A stretch of 22,225 nucleotides of DNA from Myxococcota bacterium (GCA_041288095.1 JBGGMJ010000157.1:1-22225), one strand, 5' to 3'; counted from the first letter of the stretch, positions 1 through 8,625 are shown. The notes: a model not told the origin generated them from the sequence alone. Numbers and translations are program-made.

Positions 1-1
1 C

Positions 2-139
2 GCGAGCTGGCAGCGCTTCCTCCTCGCCTATCGCAGGGGCTGGACCATGACTGCCGTCGCCGTGACCGTCATGACAGCGCTTTTCCTGGTAATGCTTGGC
101 CTAATTCACCTCGAGCGCGGCTCCGGCCCGCCGCGCTGA
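2..139 (+). CDS. 3' end of a gene truncated by the window edge; C-terminal hydrophobic (likely transmembrane) segment
   Basis: Frame from position 2 reads ASWQRFLLAYRRGWTMTAVAVTVMTALFLVMLGLIHLERGSGPPR, ending at TGA 137-139; about 20 hydrophobic residues. Confidence 0.55.
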   Translation, partial: ASWQRFLLAYRRGWTMTAVAVTVMTALFLVMLGLIHLERGSGPPR

Positions 140-224
140 CAATCTGACAGGCGCGAAAAGTCAGCCAGGCGCGCTGCGTCATCAATAGGGATCATCAGCG
201 CAACGTGCGAGGTGTGGTCCAGCG

Positions 225-980
225 ATGTGCTCCGCGGTCTCAGACAAGCAGGCGATTCGCGCTCTGCAGACGATTCAGGGCTTCACCTCCCAGCGCGTCG
301 TCACGGTCGTCGGCCAAGAGGAACAGATCCTCACGGTCAACCTCACCGTGCACTCGCGCATCGTCGGCGCCTTGCGCCGCGGCCACCCGATGGGCGCCGA
401 AGGTCACGCCGCCATCGACGACCTGAAGAGCTACGTGGCCCAAGGCTCGTCGCTCCACGAGCTAGTCGCCGCCAACCGCAAGCTGTTCGCGACAGCGGAC
501 AAGCTGATCCGCTCGACCGAAGCCGACAAGGTGCACACCGATCTCGGGGAGCAACTGCTCAGGGCGCGTCCTCTCAAGATACTGACGACGCGCGAGCGCT
601 CACCCGCCGCGGCGGAGATTCAACCCTACGCATGGAAGGCGCAAGCAGCGCTCGGCGGTGACACCAGGGCGGGCAAGGCACTGGTCGAGCGCATTCGCAA
701 CATCGACGGGACAGCCGAGACCCGCGACCGCTACCGCCACTTCGGCGCCTTCGTCATGTTGTGCGTGGCGAGCGGCGTCACCGCGGGCATCGAGATCTTC
801 GACGTCGCGCGCGGCCAAGTGCGCATGCCGTACTTGCTGGGCCGTCGCGCCGTAAAAACCACGCTCCACTTCATGGAAGACGTCGGCTTTCAGGCGTTGT
901 CGACCAAGAGCTGTCCGCTCGGGCCGGCCGACACCAACTTCTATCCAACCTGGTCGCAGGCCTTCGCCACGCGGGAATAG
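225..980 (+). CDS. Hypothetical protein (251 aa)
   Basis: Strong GC3 codon bias and globular composition; in-frame TAG at 186 limits the start; no family recognised. Confidence 0.7.
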   Translation: MCSAVSDKQAIRALQTIQGFTSQRVVTVVGQEEQILTVNLTVHSRIVGALRRGHPMGAEGHAAIDDLKSYVAQGSSLHELVAANRKLFATADKLIRSTEADKVHTDLGEQLLRARPLKILTTRERSPAAAEIQPYAWKAQAALGGDTRAGKALVERIRNIDGTAETRDRYRHFGAFVMLCVASGVTAGIEIFDVARGQVRMPYLLGRRAVKTTLHFMEDVGFQALSTKSCPLGPADTNFYPTWSQAFATRE

Positions 981-993
981 GCTCCCCGGCGCC

Positions 994-1467
994 TTAGGAA
1001 CGGTCGGCGAGGCTCGCGCACACGGCGCGTAGCTCGGCCGGCTCGACGGGCTTCGAGAGGTGCATCTGGTAACCCGCCATGAGGGCGCGCCGGCGATCCT
1101 CCGAGCGGGCAAAGGCGCTGATCGCCGCCGCCGGAACTCGGCCGCCTTCGTCGGGCCCGAGCTGGCGTATCCGCCGCATCAGCTCGTAACCGTCGACGCC
1201 GGGCATGCCGATGTCGGAGAGGAGCAAGTCGGGCCGCTCGACGCGCAAGGCGATGAGGGCCGCGCCGGCGTTTTCGGCCGTGACGACCTGAGCCCCATGC
1301 TCCTCGAGCATGTAGCGCAGGATGTCGCGAGCGTCGCGGTCGTCGTCGACCACGAGGACCTTCAAACGTTCCAGCGATGGTCCGCTATCAGGGACAAGCT
1401 GCGCGGCGGGCGCGGAGTCAGACAGGGCCTCGGCCGGCGGTGCCGTCCTCTTGGCGGAAGCGCCCAT
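994..1467 (-). CDS. Stand-alone response regulator receiver (CheY-like REC) protein
   Basis: KVLVVDDD, PDLLLSDIGMPGVDG (phospho-acceptor Asp), AISAFA, HLSKPV motifs. Confidence 0.93.
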   Translation of the reverse strand: MGASAKRTAPPAEALSDSAPAAQLVPDSGPSLERLKVLVVDDDRDARDILRYMLEEHGAQVVTAENAGAALIALRVERPDLLLSDIGMPGVDGYELMRRIRQLGPDEGGRVPAAAISAFARSEDRRRALMAGYQMHLSKPVEPAELRAVCASLADRS

Positions 1468-1508
1468 GGATGTTTGGCGCCGGGCGTGTCGCGCGCGTAG
1501 GGTGTCGA

Positions 1509-2114
1509 CTACCCACTCGCCAAAGGCGTCCCACGTGCGGCGAGGGTGCGGGTCACGAGCAAGCCAAACACTCGTTCGAGCTCGTTTTCGACGGCTTCTC
1601 CCTCGAGGATGCCCAGAGCCCGCGCGATCGCCTCCATGGTCGCGAGACCGCCTTCGCGGTCTGAGCGCCGCAGCAGATAGGCGGTTCGTCGCTCACTTGG
1701 CGGTAAGGTCACGTGCGCGAGCTTGCTCATCCAGCTGACGCGGCGATGCATGCGCCGCGCTTGCGACCAGCTGCCGTCGGGGACGACCAGTGTCACCGGC
1801 AGGTCGCGACCGTGCTCGGCGGTGAGCACCTCCGCCTGCTCGCTCGGAAACAAGACCAGGGGTCGTCGACCGGAAAAGTCGGGCTCGGGGGCCGGCTGAT
1901 AGGCCTGGCTGTGGACGATGACGCTGCTGCCCTCGACGAGGCGTGCCGCGACGGTGCCTGTGTTCGTCGTCTTGCCGGCTTCGCGATAGTGGACAACGAC
2001 GCAAAGCCTCGTCCGCAAGCGCATCACCGGCGCGTCATGGCAAACGCAGACGACGGCCAGGCGATCGCATTGGGGACAGCGCGGTGCGGTGCGGGTGAAT
2101 CGTCGCGAGCCCAG
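1509..2114 (-). CDS. DTW-domain protein, tRNA-uridine aminocarboxypropyltransferase (TapT/YfiP-like); probable CTG start at 2114 (ORF track start 2027 is too short)
   Basis: HxxE..KTTNTG, LVLFPS, VPDGSWSQARRM (DxTW-like), YLLRRS, GLATMEAI; in-frame upstream RCPQCDRLAVVCVC Cys motif typical of the family N-terminus. Confidence 0.9.
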   Translation of the reverse strand: MGSRRFTRTAPRCPQCDRLAVVCVCHDAPVMRLRTRLCVVVHYREAGKTTNTGTVAARLVEGSSVIVHSQAYQPAPEPDFSGRRPLVLFPSEQAEVLTAEHGRDLPVTLVVPDGSWSQARRMHRRVSWMSKLAHVTLPPSERRTAYLLRRSDREGGLATMEAIARALGILEGEAVENELERVFGLLVTRTLAARGTPLASG

Positions 2115-2284
2115 ATACTCTCCAAGTTGGGTGGTCGTTGAGGGGTGCGGGGCCTACAACTGCGGACCCGAGCCCCCAGCAGCGCACACCCTGCCGGCGT
2201 TGCTGCTCCAATGATTCTGCCATCGTAGCAGGGGTGAGTCGATGTGGTCCTGAGTGGTACAGGGATTGCAGGCCATCTCCGCGC

Positions 2285-3718
2285 ATGAGCCACCAAGCCC
2301 TGCTGCCGTTACGCTTCGGCGGCTTGGTCGTGTGTCTATTCGTGAGCGTTGTCGGCTGTAGCGGACAGGCCGAAATCGCTGACGTACAGTTGCTTGCGGG
2401 CGGCGACGGGACGGCGTGGTGGGAAGGCGACGGCACCGGTCAGGTTAGCCCCGGAAACGAAAAACCCAACGACGGTCCTAGTGCCGAGGTCTGCGATGGC
2501 CTCGACAATGACTTGGACGGCACCGCGGACGAAGACTTGGGCGGAGAGCCGTGCACCGGAGCGTCCGGCGCGGTCGGCGTCTGGACGTGCACCGCCGGCG
2601 AAATGGTTTGCTTCGAGTGCACACCAGGTGAGGTCAACGACCGAGGTTGCGGCTGCGGCGAAGACACCGCCGATGCCTGCAATGATAGCGGCCGATGGAT
2701 CGCCGGCGTGTGTAACGGCTGTAAGGATCTCGACGAGGCGGGATGCGGCGTCGACGCCGCTTGCAAGCCCGGCGAAGAACGGATCCAGCGCTGCGACCTC
2801 TGCGCCGGCACCGGAACCCCAGGCTGCGGCGCGACCTGCATGGGGGCGAGGTACCGTTGCAGCAGCAATTGCGAGTGGGTGCAGATCGACGCATGCAAGA
2901 CGTACAACCCGACCTGCGACCGCGACTATTCGTACATCGAGCCCTGCGGCAATTGCGGCCGGCGCGAAGTCCGCTGTGACGGATGCTTCTACAATTGGGA
3001 CAGCTGCCAGGACCAAGGCGCCTGCGAGCCTGGCGACCGCTACAAGGTGCCGTGCTTCGAGAACGATTGCCGCTACGGCTGGACGGCCACCGTCAGCTGC
3101 AATGATCAGTGTTCGTGGGACGTCGGGACCTGTGACGGCTGCACGCCCGGCACGGTCGAAAACCAAACTACCTTGTGCATCGCCGGGCATGCCGAATGCG
3201 GCAAGCGCGTCGATCGCGTCACCTGCGTCGGCGAGACCGATGTCGAGTCGTGCGACGACCAAGAGGTCGTCCAGGGCGTCGAGCGCCACCAGACGATCTC
3301 CAACGAATGCGGCGGCGTCGTAGCGCCGAACTTCTGCACACCGAATCAGGTCACGAGCGAACAAGTGTCGTGCGGCCCGAATAGCTGCGGCTACTCGCGA
3401 ACGTACACACACACCTGCTTCGGCAACGGCTGTGGTGAGAGCGTCACCGTTTCGGGGAGCTGCCCCGCCTGCTCGCCGGGTGATGTCCAGACCTCTGGGT
3501 GCGATCCTGGAGGCGGCGGCTGCGGTACGCAATCGCGGAGCTGCACATCGAGCTGTGACTGGGGTGGATGGGGTGCGTGCCAGGCTTATACGTGCCCACC
3601 GGCCCCGCCGCCGCCCCCGGACGATCCGGAACCGCCGCCACCGCCACCACCGGATGATCCGGAGCCGCCGCCCCCGCCTCCTCCACCACCGCCGCCCCCG
3701 CCACCACCAGCGGGCTAG
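2285..3718 (+). CDS. Cys-rich repeat lipoprotein with a MopE-like metal-binding motif and a C-terminal poly-proline tail
   Basis: ATG 2285 gives MSHQALLPLRFGGLVVCLFVSVVG-C (lipobox-like); EVCDGLDNDLDGTADED; repeated CxPG[ED]..C..CG..C...C.W modules; Pro-rich end. Confidence 0.8.
   Translation: MSHQALLPLRFGGLVVCLFVSVVGCSGQAEIADVQLLAGGDGTAWWEGDGTGQVSPGNEKPNDGPSAEVCDGLDNDLDGTADEDLGGEPCTGASGAVGVWTCTAGEMVCFECTPGEVNDRGCGCGEDTADACNDSGRWIAGVCNGCKDLDEAGCGVDAACKPGEERIQRCDLCAGTGTPGCGATCMGARYRCSSNCEWVQIDACKTYNPTCDRDYSYIEPCGNCGRREVRCDGCFYNWDSCQDQGACEPGDRYKVPCFENDCRYGWTATVSCNDQCSWDVGTCDGCTPGTVENQTTLCIAGHAECGKRVDRVTCVGETDVESCDDQEVVQGVERHQTISNECGGVVAPNFCTPNQVTSEQVSCGPNSCGYSRTYTHTCFGNGCGESVTVSGSCPACSPGDVQTSGCDPGGGGCGTQSRSCTSSCDWGGWGACQAYTCPPAPPPPPDDPEPPPPPPPDDPEPPPPPPPPPPPPPPPAG
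3617..3682 (+). repeat. 33-nt imperfect tandem repeat (2 copies) encoding PDDPEPPPPPP within the poly-Pro tail
   Basis: ccggacgatccggaaccgccgccaccgccacca / ccggatgatccggagccgccgcccccgcctcct. Confidence 0.85.
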
Positions 3719-3727
3719 GCATTCACG

Positions 3728-3775
3728 CCAGGCGTGCTCTTGCTCCATAGTTGCCGCATGCAAGAGCACGCCTGG
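3728..3775. repeat. Perfect 16-bp inverted repeat with a 16-nt spacer, overlapping the start of the downstream gene
   Basis: ccaggcgtgctcttgc (3728-3743) and gcaagagcacgcctgg (3760-3775) are exact reverse complements. Confidence 0.9.
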
Positions 3776-4390
3776 TATTTCGACATCATCTCGCCGTACG
3801 CGTATCTGCAGTGGAAGCAGCGCGAGCGCTTCGCGAACCGTCTGCGATTGCGGCCAGTGCCGGTGCTCTTCGCCGCGATTCTCGAGCACCATGGCCACAA
3901 GGGTCCGGCGGAGATCGAGTCGAAGAAGCGCTTCACGTACCGGACGTGTTTGTGGCGCGCCGCGCGACTCGGCGTACCGCTACGTTTTCCCCCGGCCCAC
4001 CCCTTCAATCCGATCAACGGCTTGCGGCTCATCATCGCCGCTGGCGCGACCGAGCAGGCGGTCGACGCGGTCTACGACGCCGTCTTCGGCGACGGGGTCG
4101 CTTTAGCGGACGACGTCATCATCGCGCTCGGCAAGCGCTTGGGCATCGACGATCCGCTTGCGCGGATTACCGAGCCCGCGGTGAAACAAGAGCTACGCGC
4201 CAACACCGACGCCGCCATCGCCAAGGGCGTCTTCGGCGTGCCGACGACCACGATCGGCGACCTGCTTTTCTGGGGCGACGACAGCACCCCGATGTTGCTC
4301 GATTATCTCGAGGATCCGGGCATCTTCGACACCCCGGAGATGCAGCGAGCGCTGACCCTCAAGCCCTCGGCGGTACGCAAGAACGCTTGA
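3758..4390 (+). CDS. 2-hydroxychromene-2-carboxylate isomerase / kappa-class GST (DsbA family)
   Basis: WYFDIISPYAYL (catalytic Ser), GPAEI..K, FP..HPFNP, GVFGVPT, LFWGDD. Confidence 0.92.
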   Translation: MQEHAWYFDIISPYAYLQWKQRERFANRLRLRPVPVLFAAILEHHGHKGPAEIESKKRFTYRTCLWRAARLGVPLRFPPAHPFNPINGLRLIIAAGATEQAVDAVYDAVFGDGVALADDVIIALGKRLGIDDPLARITEPAVKQELRANTDAAIAKGVFGVPTTTIGDLLFWGDDSTPMLLDYLEDPGIFDTPEMQRALTLKPSAVRKNA

Positions 4391-4448
4391 GCGGCACCCA
4401 AAGGCGCGCGAAGTTCCCAGAATGCCCCCTTCGTCCGTCTATCGTGTC

Positions 4449-7400
4449 ATGCGACCTCTCCTGCTCCTCCCTCTCCTGCTCGCCTGCCAGAAACACACAG
4501 CGACCCCCATCGAAGAGCGGGCCAATGGGCAGCCGCCCAGCGATGCCACGGCCGTCGCCGCCGGCAACACGGTCGCGGCCGTGTGGACGTTCGAGGATAC
4601 GCCGAGCTCCGAACAGCCGGTGAAGATCGCGAGTGGCGCGCCGATCGGGCTCACCGCCTCGGATGGCACCGGTCTCAACATCGTCAGCGTACGCGCCAAC
4701 GCGGTCATCGACGCGCCGCTCGCTTTCACCGAGCTGCACCTGGTGTTCGACAACCCGCGCAACCAGCAAATCGAGGGCCACTTCCGCGTGACCCTTCCCG
4801 AGCGCGCCAGCATCAGCCGCTTCGCGATGCTCACCAACGGGCAGTGGCAAGAGGGCGAGGTCGTCGAGCGTCAGGCGGCGCGGCGCGCCTACGAGGACTT
4901 CCTCCACCGCCGCCAGGATCCAGCGCTGCTCGAGCAGCAAGCCGGCAACGAATTCTCGGCGCGTATCTTCCCGATTCCGCCCCGCGGTCAGAAGGAAGTG
5001 ATCATCTCCTACTCCGAGGAGCTCGTCGATCAGCCGTACCGCATCGCGCTCGCCGGCCTGCCGCAAGTCGGCGCCGTCGACATCCGCGTCAACGAAGGCG
5101 ACAAGGTGCGGGAGCTCCACGAGAAGTCGTTCACCCCAGAGAAGGATTTCGAGGTCGAGGGCAATCGCGGCAGCGGCGTCGCGCTCCGCCGCGACAACTT
5201 GTTGGTCGCGCGCGTGACGCCGATGACCGAGGTCGAAAAAGACGCGACCGACAGTCTCTTCTTGCTCATCGACACCAGCGCATCACGAACGCTGGGGAAG
5301 GCCGCCGACCTGGCGCTCGCCAAGGACTTGATGCGGCGGCTCGGCAGCGCGCCGGTCGCGGTATGGGCGTTCGATCAAACGACGATGCTGATCGACGAAG
5401 GCAAGGCTTCGGGCATCGATTGGAAGAAGCTCGAGGAGCGCCGCTCGCTGGGTGCTTCGAACCTCGAGCAGGCGCTCGCCGAGGTCGCCAAGCACGACAA
5501 GAAGTACCGGCGCGGCCTGCTCATCTCCGACGGCGTGGTCACCGCGGGTCTGGACGCTTTGGCGGACGCGGCGAAAGCCACCGGCGCCCAGCGTTTCGAT
5601 GCCATCGCTGTCGGCGGCATCCGCGACCGCGACGCTTTGCAACGCATCACCTTCGGCGGCGGCCTCGTGGTCGACGGCGCGCTGCCCACCACGACCATCG
5701 CCACCAAGCTCAACCACAAGACGCGCTCGGGCATCAAAGTCGACATCCCAGGCGCGGATTGGGTGTGGCCCGAGACCCTCGACAACGTCCAACCTGGTGA
5801 GCAGGTCCTGGTCTACGCCGACCTCGGCGAGAACAAGCCCTTCGCGATGAGCATCGACGGCAAGCCCGTCGCCGCGGGCACGATGCGCAACGCCCAGAAG
5901 CCGCTGCTCGAGCGCGCCTGGGTCGGTGCTCGCATCAAGAAGCTCCTCGACCAGAAGGAGCGCACCACGGACAAAGACATGCGCGCCGCGCTCAACGAGC
6001 AGGTGCTCAAGCTCTCGACGACGCATCGCGTGCTCTGTCCGCTGACGGCGCTGCTCGTGCTCGAGACCGAGCGGGACTACGCGCGCTTCAACATCGATCG
6101 CAAGGCGCTGGCCGGCATCCTCGCCGTCGAGAACGGCGGCGTCGTGGTGAAGAGCCGCAACAGCGCCGTGGTCGTGAAGAACACGCCGAAGCCAGTGGAA
6201 AAACCGAAGCTTCCCGACACCAACACCCGCCCCACGGCGGACGCGCCCGGCGAATCGAGGAACAAGGATGGCGCCGGCAGCGCGTCGTCGCACCGAGGCC
6301 GCGTCGCCGACATGGACGACGAGGCGAAGGGCGACTCCGCTCCAGCGGCGAAGTCCAGCGTGGCGCGCGACGATGTCGGTGCCGAAGCCGACAAGAAGAT
6401 GGAAGCCGCTCCAAGCCCGCGTCGCGGCGGCGACCCGATGCGTGAGCTCGCACGCCAGGCCCCTGCCGCCCCACCGCCGGCCGCATCGCGCGCCGCGCCT
6501 TCGAGTGCGGCCCCGGCGGCCGAGCCGGTCCAAGCGCCCCGTCAAGACGTCGCCGCGGAGCGCGCCGCCCCGCGCCCCGTCGAGCAGAAGGAAGAGCGCG
6601 TGAACCCCTACACGGGTCAGTTCCGCACCATCATGAATTCGATTCGCCACAAGGAGAAGGAAGAGGCGCTGACCCAAGCCGACGCTTGGTGGCAATCGAA
6701 TCCGGGCGACGTCATGGCGTTGGTGGCGCTCGGCGAAGCGCTCGAGGCGAACAGCCAGGGCGACGAGGCCGGCCGCGCTTACGGCTCGCTCATCGACTTG
6801 TTCCCGGCACGCGCTGACCTGCGCCGCTTCGCGGGTGAGCGTCTCGAGCGCCTCAAGAACGAAGGTGCCTTGAAGCTCGCCGCCGACTCGTACGCCAAAG
6901 CGGTCGAGCAGCGCCCCGACCACCCGCAGAGCCACCGCCTACTCGCCTACACCCTGCTCAAGCTCGGCCAGCCCGAGAAGGCCTTCGAGGTCCTCGAGAA
7001 GGGTCACGCGCAGCGCTATCCGGAAGGCCGTTTCTCGGGCGTCGACCAGATCCTCGCCGAAGACCTCGGCATCGCCGCCCAGGCGTGGATCAAGGTCGCG
7101 TCCGACCGCAAGGAAGAGATCTACAAGCGCCTCGCCAAGGCCGGCGGGCGCCGCGAGACCGCTCCGTCATTGCGGTTCGTGCTCTCGTGGGAGACGGACG
7201 CCAACGACGTCGACTTCCACATCTTCGACAACCAAGGGGGCCACGCCTTCTACAGCTCACAGGAGCTGCCCTCGGGTGGCGAGCTCTACGAGGACGTTAC
7301 CACCGGCTACGGCCCGGAGTGCTTCACCATCCGCGGCAAGACCAAGGCGGCGCCCTACAAGCTGCAAGCGCATTACTATAGCCGCGGCCCGATGGGTTAC

Positions 7401-7526
7401 GGCATGGGCTCGCTGCAAATCGTGCAGCACGACGGCCAGGGCAACCTGAAGTTCGACGACCGCCCGTTCGTGGTCATGCAGGACCACGCGTTCCTCGAGC
7501 TCGGTACCGTCGGTAAGTCGCTCTAG
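4449..7526 (+). CDS. Lipoprotein with VIT, vWA, low-complexity linker, TPR-like and C-terminal DUF2135/YfaP-like domains
   Basis: MRPLLLLPLLLA-C lipobox; VIT motifs FTELHLVFDNP..EGHF..LP..ASISRFAM, DPALLEQ; MIDAS DTSAS and LLISDG; helical TPR-like region; LSWETDANDVDFH...DVTTGYGPE. Confidence 0.88.
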   Translation: MRPLLLLPLLLACQKHTATPIEERANGQPPSDATAVAAGNTVAAVWTFEDTPSSEQPVKIASGAPIGLTASDGTGLNIVSVRANAVIDAPLAFTELHLVFDNPRNQQIEGHFRVTLPERASISRFAMLTNGQWQEGEVVERQAARRAYEDFLHRRQDPALLEQQAGNEFSARIFPIPPRGQKEVIISYSEELVDQPYRIALAGLPQVGAVDIRVNEGDKVRELHEKSFTPEKDFEVEGNRGSGVALRRDNLLVARVTPMTEVEKDATDSLFLLIDTSASRTLGKAADLALAKDLMRRLGSAPVAVWAFDQTTMLIDEGKASGIDWKKLEERRSLGASNLEQALAEVAKHDKKYRRGLLISDGVVTAGLDALADAAKATGAQRFDAIAVGGIRDRDALQRITFGGGLVVDGALPTTTIATKLNHKTRSGIKVDIPGADWVWPETLDNVQPGEQVLVYADLGENKPFAMSIDGKPVAAGTMRNAQKPLLERAWVGARIKKLLDQKERTTDKDMRAALNEQVLKLSTTHRVLCPLTALLVLETERDYARFNIDRKALAGILAVENGGVVVKSRNSAVVVKNTPKPVEKPKLPDTNTRPTADAPGESRNKDGAGSASSHRGRVADMDDEAKGDSAPAAKSSVARDDVGAEADKKMEAAPSPRRGGDPMRELARQAPAAPPPAASRAAPSSAAPAAEPVQAPRQDVAAERAAPRPVEQKEERVNPYTGQFRTIMNSIRHKEKEEALTQADAWWQSNPGDVMALVALGEALEANSQGDEAGRAYGSLIDLFPARADLRRFAGERLERLKNEGALKLAADSYAKAVEQRPDHPQSHRLLAYTLLKLGQPEKAFEVLEKGHAQRYPEGRFSGVDQILAEDLGIAAQAWIKVASDRKEEIYKRLAKAGGRRETAPSLRFVLSWETDANDVDFHIFDNQGGHAFYSSQELPSGGELYEDVTTGYGPECFTIRGKTKAAPYKLQAHYYSRGPMGYGMGSLQIVQHDGQGNLKFDDRPFVVMQDHAFLELGTVGKSL

Positions 7527-7529
7527 TGA

Positions 7530-7566
7530 ACGACGAGGGGGCGGCCGAGGCTCGCCCCCTCATCGT
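7530..7566. terminator. GC-rich hairpin between convergent genes; probable bidirectional terminator
   Basis: acgacgagggggcg (7530-7543) pairs with cgccccctcatcgt (7553-7566) with one mismatch; no clear U-tract. Confidence 0.65.
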
Positions 7567-7572
7567 CCGCGA

Positions 7573-8625
7573 TTACGAACGCGCTTCGAGAATGATGTTG
7601 AACGGGGTCTCGGCGGCGCGGCGCATGCGCGCAAAGCCACCTTGCTCGACCATGATGTCACGCAGGCGAGCTTCGCCGGCCTGAGCCCCGAGAGCCGGGC
7701 CCTTCTTGGCGAGCGACACCGGCACGCAGATCATCGAGGACGCTCCGTAGTAGACCCGGCCGACCGGGTTCAAGTTCGCGGCGACGTCGTCACCAGCGAA
7801 CGGTTCCACGACCATGCAGGTCCCACCGGCCTTCAACGCGGCGCGAGCGTGCTTGGCGGCACCGGCGGGATCCGCCATGTCGTGGAGCGAGTCGAAGAAG
7901 GCGATGAGGTCGTAGTCCTTGCTGGTGAAGCTCACCGCGTCGGCGACCTCGAAGGTGGCGTTGGTGACTCCGGCCTCGGCGGCGCGGGCCCGCGCGGTGG
8001 CGATGGATTCAGCGTGGTAGTCGATGCCGACGAAGTGGGCGCGCGGAAAGGCCTTGGCCATGAGGATGGTGCTGGCGCCGTGACCGCAGCCGACGTCGGC
8101 CGCTTTGCCACCGGCCTTCAGCTTGTCGACGACGCCCTCGAGCGCGGGGAGCCATGATGCCAGGAGGTTCGCGTTGTAGCCGGCGCGGAAAAAGCGCTCG
8201 GTGCCGTGAAACAGACACGCGTGGTGCTCACCCCACTCCATGCCCTTCCCCGTGCGAAAATTCTCGAGAGCGCGGTCGCGCACATGGAAGAGGTCGCGCA
8301 CGATGAGGTACGCCCCGGGGAGATCGACCGGCCCATTGGGATCGGCGAGGCAGGCCGCTTGCTCGGGGTTCAAGTGGTAGCTGTTGGCTTTGGCATCGTA
8401 GTCGACGTAGCCGCCCGCCGCCTGATTGCCGAGCCATTCACGGACGTAGCGCTCGCTGGTCTCGGTGCGCTTGGCCAGCTCCGCCGACGTGAGTGGTCCC
8501 TTGGCGAGGGCCTTGTAAAAGCCGAGCTCGTCACCGATCGACACGAGCACGGCGCTGACCGCCGCACCGAGATCACCAACTGCTTTCCCGAGAAATGCGT
8601 TCAACTTCGCTTCATCCAAAGACAT
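7573..8625 (-). CDS. Class I SAM-dependent methyltransferase with N-terminal winged helix (Rv2258c-like)
   Basis: ELA..T.T.ERYVREWL..QAAGGY wHTH; ADVGCGHG motif I; FFDSLHDMADP; GAQAGE; GGAG RBS before ATG 8625. Confidence 0.93.
   Translation of the reverse strand: MSLDEAKLNAFLGKAVGDLGAAVSAVLVSIGDELGFYKALAKGPLTSAELAKRTETSERYVREWLGNQAAGGYVDYDAKANSYHLNPEQAACLADPNGPVDLPGAYLIVRDLFHVRDRALENFRTGKGMEWGEHHACLFHGTERFFRAGYNANLLASWLPALEGVVDKLKAGGKAADVGCGHGASTILMAKAFPRAHFVGIDYHAESIATARARAAEAGVTNATFEVADAVSFTSKDYDLIAFFDSLHDMADPAGAAKHARAALKAGGTCMVVEPFAGDDVAANLNPVGRVYYGASSMICVPVSLAKKGPALGAQAGEARLRDIMVEQGGFARMRRAAETPFNIILEARS

Noticed and set aside
2138..2284. TTG-start extension of the Cys-rich gene and a short hairpin (cagcagcgc/gcgttgctg) as a possible ncRNA or riboswitch
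   Set aside because: The signal peptide begins at ATG 2285; the stem is short, imperfect and matches no RNA family I recognise
3600..3712. C-rich repeats as a CRISPR array or non-coding microsatellite
   Set aside because: In-frame proline codons with no spacer structure and no cas genes
2336..3898. 520-aa minus-strand ORF and other long antisense ORFs (5283-6935, 16528-17643, 14631-15530)
   Set aside because: Shadow frames of GC3-biased genes on the opposite strand, with no motifs of their own
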